A program made the position numbers and the translations under genes. Below are positions 14,789-29,039 of a DNA stretch of 64,000 nucleotides, piece after piece. Positions within the stretch are counted from its first letter, which is position 1. Each line of letters starts with the position of its first letter. The notes beneath the pieces were generated by a model, which was not told where the DNA came from, made no database searches, and saw nothing but the letters and a program-made list of their open reading frames with translations. The DNA comes from Octopus sinensis (lineage: Eukaryota): positions 112,964,001-113,028,000 of the forward strand of contig NC_043003.1 in assembly GCF_006345805.1 (NCBI RefSeq). The letters run 5' to 3'.

Positions 14789-15162
14789 GCGCAGGAGTGG
14801 CCGTGTGGTAAGTAGCTTGCTTACCAACCACATGGTTCCGGGTTCAGTCCCACTGCGTGGCACCTTGGGCAAGTGTCTTCTACTATAGCCTCGGGCCGAC
14901 CAAAGCCTTGTTAGTGGATTTGGTAGACGGAAACTGAAAGGAGCCCGTCGTATATATGTATATATATGTATGCGTATGTATATGTTTGTGTCTGTGTTTG
15001 TCCCCCCAACATCGCTTGGCAACCGATGTTGGTGTGTTTACGTCCACGCAACTTAGCGGTTCGGCATAAGTGGCCAATTGAATAAGTACTAGGCTTACAA
15101 AAAAGTCCTGGGGGCGATTTGCTCCAGCATGGCCGCAGTCAAATGACCGAAACAAGTAAAAG
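14789..15162 (+). mobile_element. SINE family C
   Basis: Head, body, internal (AT)n and tail all present. Confidence 0.9.
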
Positions 15163-15170
15163 ATATCTAC

Positions 15171-15202
<32 letters not shown>

Positions 15203-16734
15203 GTATCTATCTATCTTTCTATATATATATATCTATAATATATATATATATATAATATATATATATATACTGAGAGAGAGAGAAAGGGAGAGACAGAGAG
15301 ACTTAAGCGTGTGTGTGTATGTGTGTTTGTGCCTGTGTTTGTTCAGCCCCCGCTCCACCGCTTGACAACCAGTCTTGGTGTGTTTGCATAATTTAGCGGT
15401 CGTTCAAATGGGACCGATAGAATAAGTACCAGACTTTATAAAACAGTACTGGTTCGTTTAATTCCAATAAAAACTCTTCAAAGCGATTCCCCGGCATGGC
15501 CGCAGTCTAATGACTAAAGGAAGTGAAAGATAATAATGTATATTCTTCGATGCCAAAAAATTGTACGTAATAAAGCAAACCCAGCAATAAAGCAAACGTG
15601 GAGATTGAGTAAACATCCATTTCTCGTTCGAGTCTCTCAAACAATGAGGAAAGTTTAAAGTCCTTTGATTGGCAATTTTTTGGAATTTGCCTCACAAGGC
15701 AGTAATAACATCACCGCTTCAAAAGAATTCTGGTTAAGTAACTCATATAATCCATCATAATTTTTTTATTTTCCAGAATTTTCAGAAAAATGTTTCGAAT
15801 TTCTATTGTATAAACAGAAATTCTTGCGATTATGGAACAAGCAATTTTTTTCCTTTCATGCTTTAAAAAGCCACCAATCTTTAAAAGTTTCACTCTTTTT
15901 CGAATTTAAAAAAAAATCAGAGTTTAAAATACGGACTGCGTAATTTTTTGTTTAAATCCCTGCAGTGGACCACGTTGTGTGCATCATCATTCGATTAAAT
16001 GTGTTTATGGGGAGAAAAAATATTGAAAAACAGATACACGTCAGAGTGGCAGAGACACTAGAAGGTATCAAGTGATTGTGCAATGTGCTAAAAGCAACAG
16101 CTAAATCGCCTTTAAATCAAACACACAAAAAAGAAACTTTTGTTTAATTGTATAAATTACCGCACGTATAAAAAAAATTTGCAAAAATTTTCTGAAAAAT
16201 TCCAATGGATAAAAAAAATGTAATGAGAGCTTAAATGGGGTGCTTAAACTAGAATACGTTGACAGAGTCTCTGCTGGCTGGAAGCAAGCAGTAAAGAAAA
16301 TGCTATTCACTGCCTTGCTCTTTGTGACATCCAAGTTTTTCCTCTCGTCTCTCGTTCTCACCTCTTTTTTCGGAAACAATAATAAAATACGAACAAAATA
16401 ACACCTAAAAGAAGAAAAACTCTGCTTGCTTTGCCATTTACTCATTTGCTTAGCTCTCCTTTTCTCTCATTTGTTTTACTCTCCCTTCATGCTCCCTGCT
16501 TAAAGTGAAGAGGAGAGCAATTAATTCATTGCTTTTTTTTCTCACTAAGAAAACAGGATGTTTTTCCACTTAGACTTTTTAAATAATATCGATTGTTTAT
16601 GATTTATACTAAGAAATGAAGGAATGGAGAATACGATAATATATCACAAGGGCAATGAGGTTAGTGAAAATTATCAATAATTAATATTATATTACACAAA
16701 AATTATTCATCCGGGGAAAAAAGTAAAGCATGTA

Positions 16735-17043
16735 TTTGTTGTTTTGTTTGTTCCTTCTCGAGCCATGCCGGGCTCATAAGGGCCGGTTTCCCAGTTTCCT
16801 TGGCGTATAGGTTCCCCACCTGGATGGGACGCTGGTCCATCCATCGCAGGTGAGCTGCAATAGGAAAGAGTGAGAGAAAGTTGTGGCAAAGGAGTCAGCA
16901 GAAGTTCGCCATTACCTTCTGCCGGAGCCGCGTGGAGCTTAGGTGTTTTCGCTCATAAACACACACATCGCCCGGTCTGAGATTCGAACCCACGATCCCT
17001 CGACCGCTAGTCCGCTGCTCTAACCACTAGGCCATATGCCTCC
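16735..17043 (-). mobile_element. SINE family B with 8-bp TSD AAAGCATG
   Basis: Family match; AAAGCATG at 16725-16732 and 17044-17051. Confidence 0.9.
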
Positions 17044-17045
17044 AA

Positions 17046-17697
17046 AGCATGCAGTGCATGCGTTGCATACATACTCCTTTCGCTCCTGGTGGGTGTCAAT
17101 CTGAGGGCAGTACAATCTGTTGACACGTACCGAGAATGATAAAAATCAAACATCCAGTCAACACCATAGTGTTTGGAGAGATAAATTGTGATGGCGACGT
17201 TATGCCTCCATTCATCTTTCCACACGTCTTCAGACTCAACGCGGAGACCTACTTCAATTTCCTGCAGGAGGTAGTGCTGCCCTGAGTCAAGAAAGTGGCT
17301 AAGACCCTATGACTGGAAACAAGACTCTGCACCATGCCACACAAGCAAGAGAACTCAGTCATTGCAATCAGACAATTTCTGAGATTACATCACCCCTAAC
17401 ATCTGATTACCATTGTGGGATGCAGTTGAGCGAGAGACCAACAAAACTTGTAACACCAAAGATGAACTGAAGGCAAAGACTATGACAACATTCACCAACT
17501 TAAACAAGGAGACCATCCAGAAGAGTTGCAGGAGATTCCGAAGTCGCCTGGAGGCTGTGGTCGAACCCAATGGCGATTTTTTAAAATGAATTTACTCTTT
17601 AGTATTTTGTGTAGTTTTGGTAAATATATCGGTTAAAATGAGATGTCAGTTTTATTTTCAAATTTGCGTAATTTAGACGACAGTTTATTCACCGCAT

Positions 17698-17700
<3 letters not shown>
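17046..17700 (+). mobile_element. Tc1/mariner DD37D (maT-like) transposase C-terminal remnant with right end
   Basis: Manual translation KHPV..VFG...GDVMPPFIF...QDSAPCHTSKRTQ...AVERETNK...CRRFRSRLEAVVE; second copy at 62066-62908. Confidence 0.85.
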
Positions 17701-17757
<57 letters not shown>

Positions 17758-18320
17758 ATATATATATACGGAGAGAGAGAGAGAGAGAGCGGTAGGAATA
17801 GCTTTATAGGCGTATGTGCGTGAGAGCGAATGTGTATGCAAACATTTTCAAATGCTTGTATGTGCTTCATGTGCACCCGTGAGTGTGTAGGTGAACAAGC
17901 AGTTTGTGCATGTGCATTTGGTTTGGAAATCAATAACATAGTTAGGCAGCGTAAACAATTTATTGTAATTAAACCAATTAAAAGTTAAAAGCCACTTCAA
18001 AAGAGAATATTGAAAACGAAAGGAAGAGGTAAGAAGCACTCACGAGTTTATACACGCTCTCCTACACGCTCTCCTACACACACACACCACACACACACAC
18101 ACACACGCACACGCACACACACACACTAACTCAACACATAATATATACATATACATTAACATCTATTTGCATATATTGACACAAACACTCGTTTAATCCC
18201 TGTGTGCGACCGGGTGTGTGTATACGCACGCATACATATAACCTTCTGAAATTTGTGTGCCTGTGTGCGCAGATAGATAGATAGATAGATATATAGATAT
18301 ATAGATAGATATATATATAT

Positions 18321-18401
<81 letters not shown>

Positions 18402-19277
18402 GGGAGGGAGAGAGAGAGAGAGGTACTTATGAATCTGTATATATACACATATGCGTGTGTGAGTGTGTGTATGTACTTATATACGTTTCACTCATACAAA
18501 ACACTCCTGCATTTTCTATGTTGAAAGCATTTGACTTGCATTGGTCGACACAGATATTTCTACAGCTTTGTATAGCAATCATTGGACCTCAAATTCCGTG
18601 CATGCTTGTGTGTGTGTTTGTGTGTTTGTATGTGTTTGTGTGCAATTGTGCTCATGTGTAAGGGCGTGTGCGCGTGTGTATGTGCACCTGTGTACGCGCT
18701 CGTTTGCTCTAAATAGAAGGTGGGATAGATACTGTAGCTGTTTGTATGCAGGTATGTGCTGCACATTTCTTTAATTATCTTATTTTTTAGACTTAAATAA
18801 TAAATTGATTAATTGATCAATATTAAAGGCAAGAGTAATAACAATGACATTCTCACAATTATTCGTATTATTAATTATCCTTTCGTAGAACTACAATAAA
18901 CAGGTAAAAAAAAGAAACATCAGATACGACGGCATCAAGAAAAACAGCGACAACAGCCCTATTAATAAAGCAACAATGCCTTTGATTTCTGGTTATTGCG
19001 CTGTTTGATTACATTGGCCATGTCGAAACATCTATGATTCACTGGGAATTTGAATTAACTTTAATATTTAAACACTTCGAACTATTAAAAGATTTTTAAC
19101 TTAAGCAGTAAGACACAAAAATAGACCGAGAGAACATTCCTTTGTGTTTACCCTAGTTTTACAGTAACTTTTTCTATCCATCTGGAAGATTGAATATCAA
19201 GGTTGACCTTGGTGAAATTTCAAAACATCACGGTATCGGACAGTTATGTCGGTTTTAATATCAATATATATTTATAT

Positions 19278-19279
19278 TA

Positions 19280-19325
<46 letters not shown>

Positions 19326-19326
19326 A

Positions 19327-19390
<64 letters not shown>

Positions 19391-19408
19391 TAATAATAAT
19401 AATAATAA
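19278..19408. repeat. (ATT)n/(AAT)n tract at the 3' end of the Tx1-like LINE
   Basis: Directly visible. Confidence 0.95.
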
Positions 19409-20335
19409 ATTCTTTTATTGGCCACAAGGGCTGATAAAAATTAATTATAACATAAAGGGACAAAACACGGGACAAAAGTTACAAAGGGTTTTGTCCGTTT
19501 GTAAAAATCCGTGTAAAAACAGTGTAACAACGAAAAATTATAACAATGAAAAACTCCCAATAGGGGGAGGCGCTTCGAAAGGTTCCTGGTGTAAAAACCC
19601 GTAAAAGCCACGGGAGCCTGGTCAAAAATGAGGGTGGGGGTAGAGAGCCCCTTTCTTCTTTTGTAATACCTTTTTTTACAGGTGTATCCTCAGAATGGCT
19701 CCTTTCATATTGGCTATTCTTGCGACATATATCCACCTTTCAATAAACTTGCTATCGGACAGCACTTCCCTCTCTACTCTCATCTTCCTTTTCAAGTGAA
19801 ACTTGAAAAAGTTGATGAGGCCTGGGCCAAAGAGGAATGTGTCTGACCTTAGCCCTTTCAAACGGGTCCACCATACCACCTCTTTCGCTACAGCCACTAG
19901 GCAAAGGAAAACTGCCTTGCCCTCCCGGTTAAAGGAGGTCGGCGGGCAATCTTCTCTATGGATTCAGCTGATAGCCGGATCCGTCCTATTCGCGACAGTA
20001 GCTGTTCGACATAAACCCATAGTTCAGCAATACTTGGACACTGGACGAGTGCGTGCAGAACGGTTTCGTCGTCCTGGCAGCACCTCGGGCAGGTCCGGTT
20101 GACGGCACTTCCGTGCCGGTAGAGTTTATCTCGAACAGGCAGAGACCATCGGTAGCACTGCCAAGCGAGGGATCTCTGGAAATTATCCATTGGCCCCGGC
20201 CCGAAAATCCTTCCGAACAGACTACTCAGCTCGTTATCGTCAAGGCCTAGAGTTTCCCCTAGTACGTCGTCGCACTTTTCTTCCACTAACCCTCTATAGA
20301 ACGCTAGAGTGGAACTACTACCGAACATCGAAAAA
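19409..20335 (-). mobile_element. 5'-truncated Tx1/L1-clade LINE: ORF2 C-terminus (zinc-binding zf-RVT-like region) and 3' UTR
   Basis: AWQCYRWSLPVRDKL...CPRCCQDDETVLHALVQCP...W, then VAKEVVWWTR...; one frameshift near 19897; 3' end CAGCCCTTGTGGCCAATAAAAGAA. Confidence 0.88.
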
Positions 20336-20339
20336 TACC

Positions 20340-20500
20340 TTAGGAATGAGAACCCAGGTTCGAAATTTCCCCAAGACACCTGATGAAGGCTTGGAGGGTA
20401 TACAGCCGAAACGATGTGTAAACAATAAACAAGATGAAGACAAATATCCGTCAAATGTAAATAATGTACATAATTCCTCATCTCTTAAATATAGAACTGA
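20340..20500 (+). ncRNA. Short Penelope-LTR-like repeat containing a minimal type I hammerhead ribozyme core
   Basis: ACAC-CTGATGA-A-GGCT...AGCC-GAAAC-GAT-GTGT at 20376-20419; cleavage triplet non-canonical in this copy. Confidence 0.6.
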
Positions 20501-20633
20501 ATGACTATTATTATTTCATTTGCGTACAACAGATCAGACTGTTGGAAAAGAATCCTGACATCGTGCTACAAGTAATCTTAGATGCAGAGAAACTTCCTTA
20601 ACTACCCTAGCTATCTCGAATAATACTATTTTG

Positions 20634-21060
20634 GGATATTTTCGGTTTGAACGGCAGTTTTTTCTAGCGGTGTCATATGAAATTGTCACCCATAATTATG
20701 ACCCTAGTATCGATCTATTGCATTTCAATCTGTTTTAGGGTTAGGGTTAGTTAGGGTTAGGGGTGGGGGGAAGGGTATCTTTGTTTTCTTCACAAATGTA
20801 AATAAACCCAATCTGCTTCTTAAACGAGGGGCATATTCATACGGCACATAATGTTTTCAACTCAATAGACGTCACTGATTGGTTGAAATTGCAGAAATTG
20901 AAGAAAAAAAACAACAAATATCTTACAAACTATAGAATTTTCTCAATAAAGCCAAGAGAAAAAGATGTTTTATAAACACATTCTACCAGTATACGAAGTT
21001 TACAATTTTTTAGTTACCTAGAAATTATGTTAAAAACTGCCGTTCAAACCGAAAAGATCC
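20634..21060. mobile_element. MITE with ~28-bp TIRs and 8-bp TSD
   Basis: GGATATTTTCGGTTTGAACGGCAGTTTT ... AAAACTGCCGTTCAAACCGAAAAGATCC; TSD CTATTTTG at 20626-20633 and 21061-21068. Confidence 0.92.
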
Positions 21061-21304
21061 CTATTTTGTGCTGCACTAAACTAGGGTTAATGACTATTTC
21101 CATTATCCATCCGTTCGAGTTTTTAGGAATAGTTCCTAATGCAGCTATAACTACAGGGTTACATTTTACCCGCACTTTACATAGCTTCTGTAAATTCAAT
21201 GGCGAGGTCATGGTTCTTTACTCTCTTTGTCTGTACCTCTTATATTGACTTTTTCAACATGCGGGACTGTAAAGTCAATTATCTGGCACTTTTTATTTTC
21301 CCTG

Positions 21305-21728
<424 letters not shown>

Positions 21729-21934
21729 AATTAGGCCTTCTACTTCTAACACTTTGTCTGAATATTAAAGTCACACAAAGTCTGATATTTCTTGCTTTCA
21801 AACAACTTACGAGCTTCATGTTCATACCATTTACCAGTAATGGTCAAATCCTAGCATTCTACATAACTCCCAATGGATTACTTTCCCTAGGTTGTTATGT
21901 CTTTTCTTGTATTCTTTCTGAGCCAACATACATA

Positions 21935-22061
21935 GGCGCAGGTTTGGCTGTGTAGTAAGAAACTTTGCTTCTGAATAAGTGCATTCTACTATAGCTTTTA
22001 GCAGATCAAAGCCTTGTGAGTGGATTTGGTAGCCAGAAACTGAAAGAAACCCGTCGTATAT

Positions 22062-22108
<47 letters not shown>

Positions 22109-22205
22109 TATATATATATGTATGCATATATATCTATGTGTATGTGTGTAAGTGTCTTTGTATCAGCGTTTGCCATCCCCCTCCCCACCACCGCTTGACA
22201 ACTTG
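21935..22205 (+). mobile_element. Degenerate SINE family C
   Basis: GGCGCAGG...TTCTACTATAGC...CAAAGCCTTGTGAGTGGATTTGGTAG, internal (AT)n. Confidence 0.8.
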
Positions 22206-22799
22206 TATTTACTGCTTTCACTAGATTTGGACCATTTTGCTTTGACTTCCTTAATTTCCTCACCATTCTGATGTATTCTCAATTTTCTTTTTCATTTTGT
22301 TATAGTTAATACTGTGTTAGATTCTAACACTTCTTGATACTTATAACTCTATTCTTTCAGTAATTCTAATGTCTGGCCATCTGGTAATTTGATACCTTCA
22401 CTACTGTTTGTCTCTTTCTTATGACTAACATCGTGTGCTTATCCTTTCCAAATTCCATACCTACATTTTTGCTGAAGAGTATTATAGTTTGTATTGAAGA
22501 ATATATCTGTTTTTTTTTTTTTACTCTAACTAAAAAGCTTCAGATCATACATGTAGAAAAAATGGTTAGTTGTTTTCTTTACTATTTACAAATTTTTTGT
22601 TTAGAAATGCTACGAATATTTTACTGTATAAATGTGGACAGATAATTAAATATATATTGGATTTATTAAGTTGAAGTTACAATCGAGTAGTTGAAACACT
22701 TTCCCCAGGCATACATTGCTCCGAGAACAGTCACCATTATACGGAAAAGTGCCATCTATGACAGACCAGGCGATAGTGTAGTGAACGTTATTTCCCTTA

Positions 22800-23400
22800 A
22801 GACACCACATTAATTTGCGTAATGAGCTTTTCTTTTCTTTTATATTTAATAAAGTAGTGTGATTATGTATTTAGGTGTAAATTTTGTTGCGAAAGTGCCT
22901 ATGAAACGATATACATGTCCATGATTTATTACAGAACATTTACATATTGTGTTTTTCTTTAGACATTGGTTATTTATGGGGCAACAGTTACAGTTCCTAT
23001 TATTAAGCAATTCATTAAGTATATCGTTATAAAAGCGTCTTTTTATTGTATGAATGTTATTCTCTATTTGAAACATTGAGAAATTATCCCCCTTTCTATC
23101 TCGACCGAATAAAACAAAATATGTTAATACTCTCTCCTGATTAGATGCACGATTTATAAAGGCCATCCTAGATTGCTTTATAATCTCAAAATAGTTTTTT
23201 TAATGAAAATTTTACTGTATCCTTATTGAATACCCTACAATATATTCTTGATAGTGAAAATATTCATCTAATACTATTAAGAATTTACCTGGAATATATG
23301 TGGCTACACAGACTCTGTATGGGGCATTATGCCAGGTAATCTTGCTAATGTGTACCTTGCTTTCCATAAGTTTATTAACATAGTATAACTACTTGTCCGT
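22800..23400 (-). mobile_element. Penelope-like RT-linker/GIY-YIG remnant
   Basis: NCNCCPINNQCLKKNTICKCSV...YRFIGTFATKF resembles the CxC...CPxxxxCL...IYxxxV...YIG pattern. Confidence 0.65.
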
Positions 23401-23426
23401 ATATCTTTGCCTGTAATATTGCAAGA

Positions 23427-23820
23427 GGCGGCGAGCTGGCAGAAACGTTAGCACGCCGGGCGAAATGCTTAGCGGTATTTCGTCTGCGTTACGTTGTGAG
23501 TTCAAATTCCGCCGAGGTCGACTTTGCCTTTCATCCTTTCGGGGTCGATAAATTAAGTACCAGTTGCGCACTGGGGTCGATGTAATCGACTTAATACCTA
23601 TGTCTGTCCTTGTTTGTCCCCTCTGTGTTTAGCCCCTTGTGGGTAGTAAAAGAAATAGGTATTTCGTCTGCCACTACGTTCTGAGTTCAAATTCATCCAA
23701 GGTCGACTTTATCGATTAAATAAGTACCCAGTTACGCACTGGGGTCGATGTAATCGACTTAATCCTTTTGTCCTTGTTTGTCCTCTCTATGTTTAGCCCC
23801 TTGTGGGCAGTAAAATAAAT
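23427..23820 (+). mobile_element. SINE family A dimer (full unit plus 5'-truncated unit)
   Basis: GGCGGCGAGCTGGCAGAA head, GAGTTCAAATT B box; second unit starts GGTATTTCGTC at 23658. Confidence 0.92.
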
Positions 23821-24905
23821 ATTGCATGTAGTGTTGCTTCCATACCCAACGCCAGAATACTTTCTTCTCTATTTATTCTTACTTCCAGAGCCTGAAGCTT
23901 GTCCAATCTCTGGAATAACTGGATTAATTTCGAACCTTTCACATGAAATCACACAGTTATTTAGACAATCCCTTTTCTTCTGAGATAGTTAATATCCTTT
24001 GATATGTTGACTGCATTTATCTTACTTCATCTAATATTCTTTATATTAGCTACCCTATTACCATACCCCGTGGCGTAGCTAACTATTATCAAGATGGCCG
24101 ATGGTGCCCATATTTTACTGTCTATAGGTGTCTTTCCATTACCCTCCTTGGGGAATACATTGGATTTTTTCATTGTATACACTCCTAGACAAATCATCAT
24201 TACAGTATTCTTTTTTTCTGTCAGAAAATTATTTTGTAAGTTGGGAGACTAGATACTCTAAGGGACTTAACCATAATTAACGAATTAACTACGGATCTCG
24301 GATGATTAGATTTTCTATTGTCGTGCTAGAAGTTGTCATTAGGCTTACGGTACGGATGATAAAATCCAGTACTAAGGGCTAATGTAACCCGGTAACTTTA
24401 CATTACTATAGTCTTTCTCCAATGAGATAGTCCTAAGGTTTTGAAAAATGTAGTAAGTTTCTTCCTATTTTATTTCTCTTGCTAACTTACTACATTTATA
24501 AAATGTGAATAAAGTGTCGGCTTTATAGAGACCATCCTGTATCCCTGGGAATCCTTTATTGATGTGGTGTAACATATAAATTCCAGATAAGTTCGCGCCG
24601 AGTCACTAGAACCCATAGTTATGTAAAACTTGTTAGGTCTGTTTTTTGTTTCCTGCATATTAGCTCCCTTCAACTTCTATAGCAGTTATTTTAGTCGCTT
24701 AGATTATATCTATATTCCGCTTAGAGAATTTTGTGTTAAATTCTTTACGTCCCTGTAACATATTGGTTTGCTAAAAGAGTCCGATAGAATAGGTACCAGA
24801 CTTAGAAATACATATGACTAGCTCAACTAACTCATTTAAGGTGCGGCCTATGCCAGGCTGCAATCCAGAGACTGAAACAAGCCAAAGATAAAAAAACAAA
24901 GTATG

Positions 24906-24949
<44 letters not shown>

Positions 24950-26646
24950 ATATCTGTGTGCGTGCGTATGTGTGTGTTTGTTTGTATGTATATGTGTGTG
25001 TATGTGTGTGTTTGTTTGTATGTATATGTGTGTGTGAAAAGAATGAGAATTAAGGATATTAAGATTTGAAGTAAATGAGAAAAGCGGTGCAATAAGCCAT
25101 ATGTAAGATATTTCTCATTGTGTACATAAGATATGCATGCTTGTAGATGTGTGTTGGTGCGTATATATATATATGTATATATATATGTACGTGTGTCTGC
25201 GTCAGAATGTAAGAGGGCTGCAGATATACGTTGGAAACGTTGCCACAAATACTCGTGATTTTGTTCGCGTGAAAGAAAAATGCAACTGTGTGACTATCTT
25301 TCATCACTGTTTCATTGTGTGTGTATGGCCGTGTGATTGGCGAGTGTGTTTGTGTGCTTGTGTGTATGTGTGTCTATGCGTAAATAGAAATACCTCGACC
25401 TGACTGCATTTAAATTTGCTGATCTGTGAGTGTTTTTATGTTCGGCTTTGTAAAAGTGTGTATGTAAGGGTTTTTATAGAAGTGTACGTGAGAGTGTTGT
25501 ATATGAGTATATGTACGCTGTTTTATGTGTGCGCATGCATGTGTGTGTGTGTTTGTATGTGTGATTCTGAATATGTATGCTTGCGTGTACCTGTGTCTAT
25601 GTATATATATATATGTGTATGATATGTCTGTGCGCGTGCGCGTGTCCTCCGCAATTTTATTAAGATTTAGTCATGCACTGATTAACAAATCAAAACAGAA
25701 CTACACCAGTTCAGAGCTGCCGTTGCCGTTGGCGCCGGATTAAAAGCACTCACTCGGTTTCAGCTTGGGTGGTTTTTCCGATTGATGTTGCAGCAGTTCG
25801 TTCAGAGTTTATTGATTCCTTTTCATGAAAACCATTCTTGCATGGACAAGGGAACACTTAACCTGTGTGCTAACCACCACTGCCTAGTCCAACATCACTG
25901 CGGTCGGGTCTGTTTGACCATCCTAACTAAAGCACATGCTACTCTCTGCTCTCCACACACCATCACCCCTCATCTGCTCTTGCTGCTAATATCTCTACTA
26001 CCGCTGCAACCATCAACAACAATAACAACTAGAATACCATCATCACCACCACTACAGCCGCTACCAACTACAAATGCACCGCTACCCCCAAAGCAGTCAC
26101 TTAAACTAACTTCACCACGACCACCACTACTACAACCTTTAGCAGCTGCAGCAGCAACTCCCCCCCCGTTATCATCATTAATATTATTATACCATTACCA
26201 TTATACACAACAACAACACTAACCCTAACCCTACCCGTATCCTCAGCAAAAACTCCACCATCGTCATCATTGTTGTCATCACAGCTGTCGCCACCCGCTA
26301 ACCAATACAACTAATACCACTAAAATGAACAGAAACACCAAAATTCTCTCTTCTTCTCTAACACAGCCACAGCACTCGGCATCAATACATCACTACTAAC
26401 TGTACCACACATTCAACCATCACCGGCGCCATCATTAATATTAAAATCGCAACAGCTTTACTTTCACAACGCACTAACAACACCTCTCCCCACTAACATT
26501 TTCAGAACAATTAACACCAACATCAGTAGCAACACCATCAACACTACTGGTCGCGTCAGCAGCAACAGCAGCAGCAGCAACAGCAGCAGCAGCAACTTCG
26601 GTATCATAACGGCCATGTTTTATATATACAAAAGGAGTGAACAGCG

Positions 26647-26702
<56 letters not shown>

Positions 26703-26706
<4 letters not shown>

Positions 26707-26935
26707 GCGAAGACCTGGCATAAACGTTAGCAAGCCGGGCGAAATGCGTAGCGGTGTTTCGTCTGTCGTTACGTTCTGAGTTCAAATTCCGCTGAGGTCG
26801 AATTTGCCTTTCATCCTTCGGGATCGATAAATAAAGTACCAGTTTCGCACTGGAGTCGATGTAATCGACTTAAACCTGTTTTCTGTCCTTGTTTGTCCCC
26901 TCTATGTTTAGTCCCTTGTGGACAGTAAAGAAATA
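26703..26935 (+). mobile_element. SINE family A
   Basis: Family match over full length. Confidence 0.88.
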
Positions 26936-28470
26936 TATATCTATATCTATGTGAATGTCGTTAGAGTTAGTTTTTACAGGAAGTAAACATTGCTGTTTTA
27001 TTCGGATTCCAGGACTGTTAAATTACGTTGTATGTTTTATATAATGTACATTATCTTGGTTCGCTTCCTTTATGTTTTGAGCTAATATTAAACATAGGTG
27101 CATTTTTACCTTCTATTCTTGCCGGGATCGAAATGGTACCCACTAGTTTGTAAAATAGTAGTAGGACGCAAGAATGAATTGTAATGTAAAATGTGACCAC
27201 AATCCAAAGACTGAAACTAGTAGAATAATAAACGAGTAGAATTAATAAAAGTATAACTATCATTAACTGAATGCTTCTCTCTCTTTGATGATATTGCATT
27301 ATCGCTAACTCATACGGAATTGATTGTGGCGCTTGTATTTGCTTATGGAAACTTTGTGGGAATGAAATAAAAGAATCGATATAACATATTAGTTCTAGGT
27401 TCCTTCCACTCTGTCTTTTATCGACGTCAGCATCGTATTCCATCCTTTCAAGGCACAAGGTGATGGACTGGTGAAATTTGTATAGCGTTCTGTGAAATGA
27501 CTTTTTTCCCCAGCTCTTTGCGTTCTGACGACAACGCTTCTGCCAGCTTTTTTTCGAATTACGCTGCTGCCATGCATCATAAATATTTGCATTTATCTTG
27601 AGCATCATTGGTATTATGGAAAGGAAAGGCTTTCCTTAATGAGCAACTTAAATTAATCTTTAAAACAAAATCCTTGCCCAGAAATGCGCCTTGCATAGAG
27701 ACTCTTGTCTCATGTTGTGCTCTATGGTACCAAAAGACACGAGGAAACAGGGAATACGCAGAATGAATTCAGTTTTGTCAACCTTTATATCCACTTCTGT
27801 CGTATCAGACACAACTTTGTAGAAAATGTCTCTTTCTGCAATGTGTGTTTATCTGGATTTCGGATTGAAATTTGTCCATATGCTTTAAGAATATTTCCAC
27901 ACCTACATCTCACAAGTCTCTGAGGTTGCTTGGCAGGATATTGAATAGTCGCGGTCCCCTGAAACCCAAGCTGTTGCAGTACTAGGACCTTATTCGAAAT
28001 GGAGAAAACGGAATCTTTGCTATTATACAATTCCGTTCAATTCGGTGGTTAGTATAGCTTTAATTCCAAAGTTGGGAGCTGCATATCTTTCTCACCTTCT
28101 CTCCAGGGATTAGAGATACAGTCCTTCTAGCATCTCTCAGTAACTCATCTGCTTCACCGAATCGATCACCCTACTCACACCCCTCTATTCAATTCCATGC
28201 TCCTCTATTGACCATAATACCCCCACCCCACCCTCCGATACCAACCCAATTCCTTTGTCCCCCAACAACTACCTTTGACCACCTTCCCCCCTCCAGCTAC
28301 TGAACCACTCATTTCCCTCAAATAATAGTCATCCCTGTCTATCTCAACCTTTAACTCTATAGCCTTCATACAAACACAAAGATCATTTTTCACATACTAC
28401 CTTAACCACTCTTCTCCCTTCCTCCCACGCTCAACCTCTACTACTATCGCTAGCCTCATTATTAACCCTA

Positions 28471-28517
<47 letters not shown>

Positions 28518-29039
28518 TCTCCTCTCACTACTCTCTATGTAAACAGCCCCAACTCCTCTTTCTAATACACTTAGTTCTCTACAAAATCATTTCATCTTTA
28601 ATCTCCATTCTGTCAACACCTCAAATGTAAAATTATTCCCCGAAGACGGAGGCTGATGATATCCGATGATGAAATCAAGTTACAAGCATTATTTTGGACC
28701 ACGAAACCTCTAGAAACAGTTGTTGGACTCGTAAAACTCCTACTTAATTTCCACAATTCCTGATATTATTTCCTTTGTATGTAAGTCCAATTTTTTTATA
28801 TGTGTACATATGTACATTTTTTGCATTAAATGTATGAAATATTTTTTGCACATCGACCTGCCTAAACAGCCTGTCCTTACATTTACTCCTATAAATGTAT
28901 GTATAAATGTGTGTATACACACTCCTACATTTGTCAGCCGCATTGGTTGTTGAGATAACAGAAGGTGAGAGATTCTGTCAACAATGTGCGTAACTGTCGC
29001 GGCTCAGATTGCAGTTCGGACTACTAATTAGCAAAAAAA

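Noticed and set aside
20737-20761. TTAGGG repeats as interstitial telomere
   Set aside because: Only a few units, and they are an internal part of the MITE, also present in its second copy
25782-26620. 146-aa P/T-rich ORF and poly-A ORF
   Set aside because: Degenerate ACC/ACT/GCA trinucleotide region with no domain signal
27051-27608. 185-aa ORF and an SPVHHLVP*KDG motif resembling Gypsy RT
   Set aside because: The ORF has no recognisable domain; the motif match is short, with stops and no supporting downstream RT motifs
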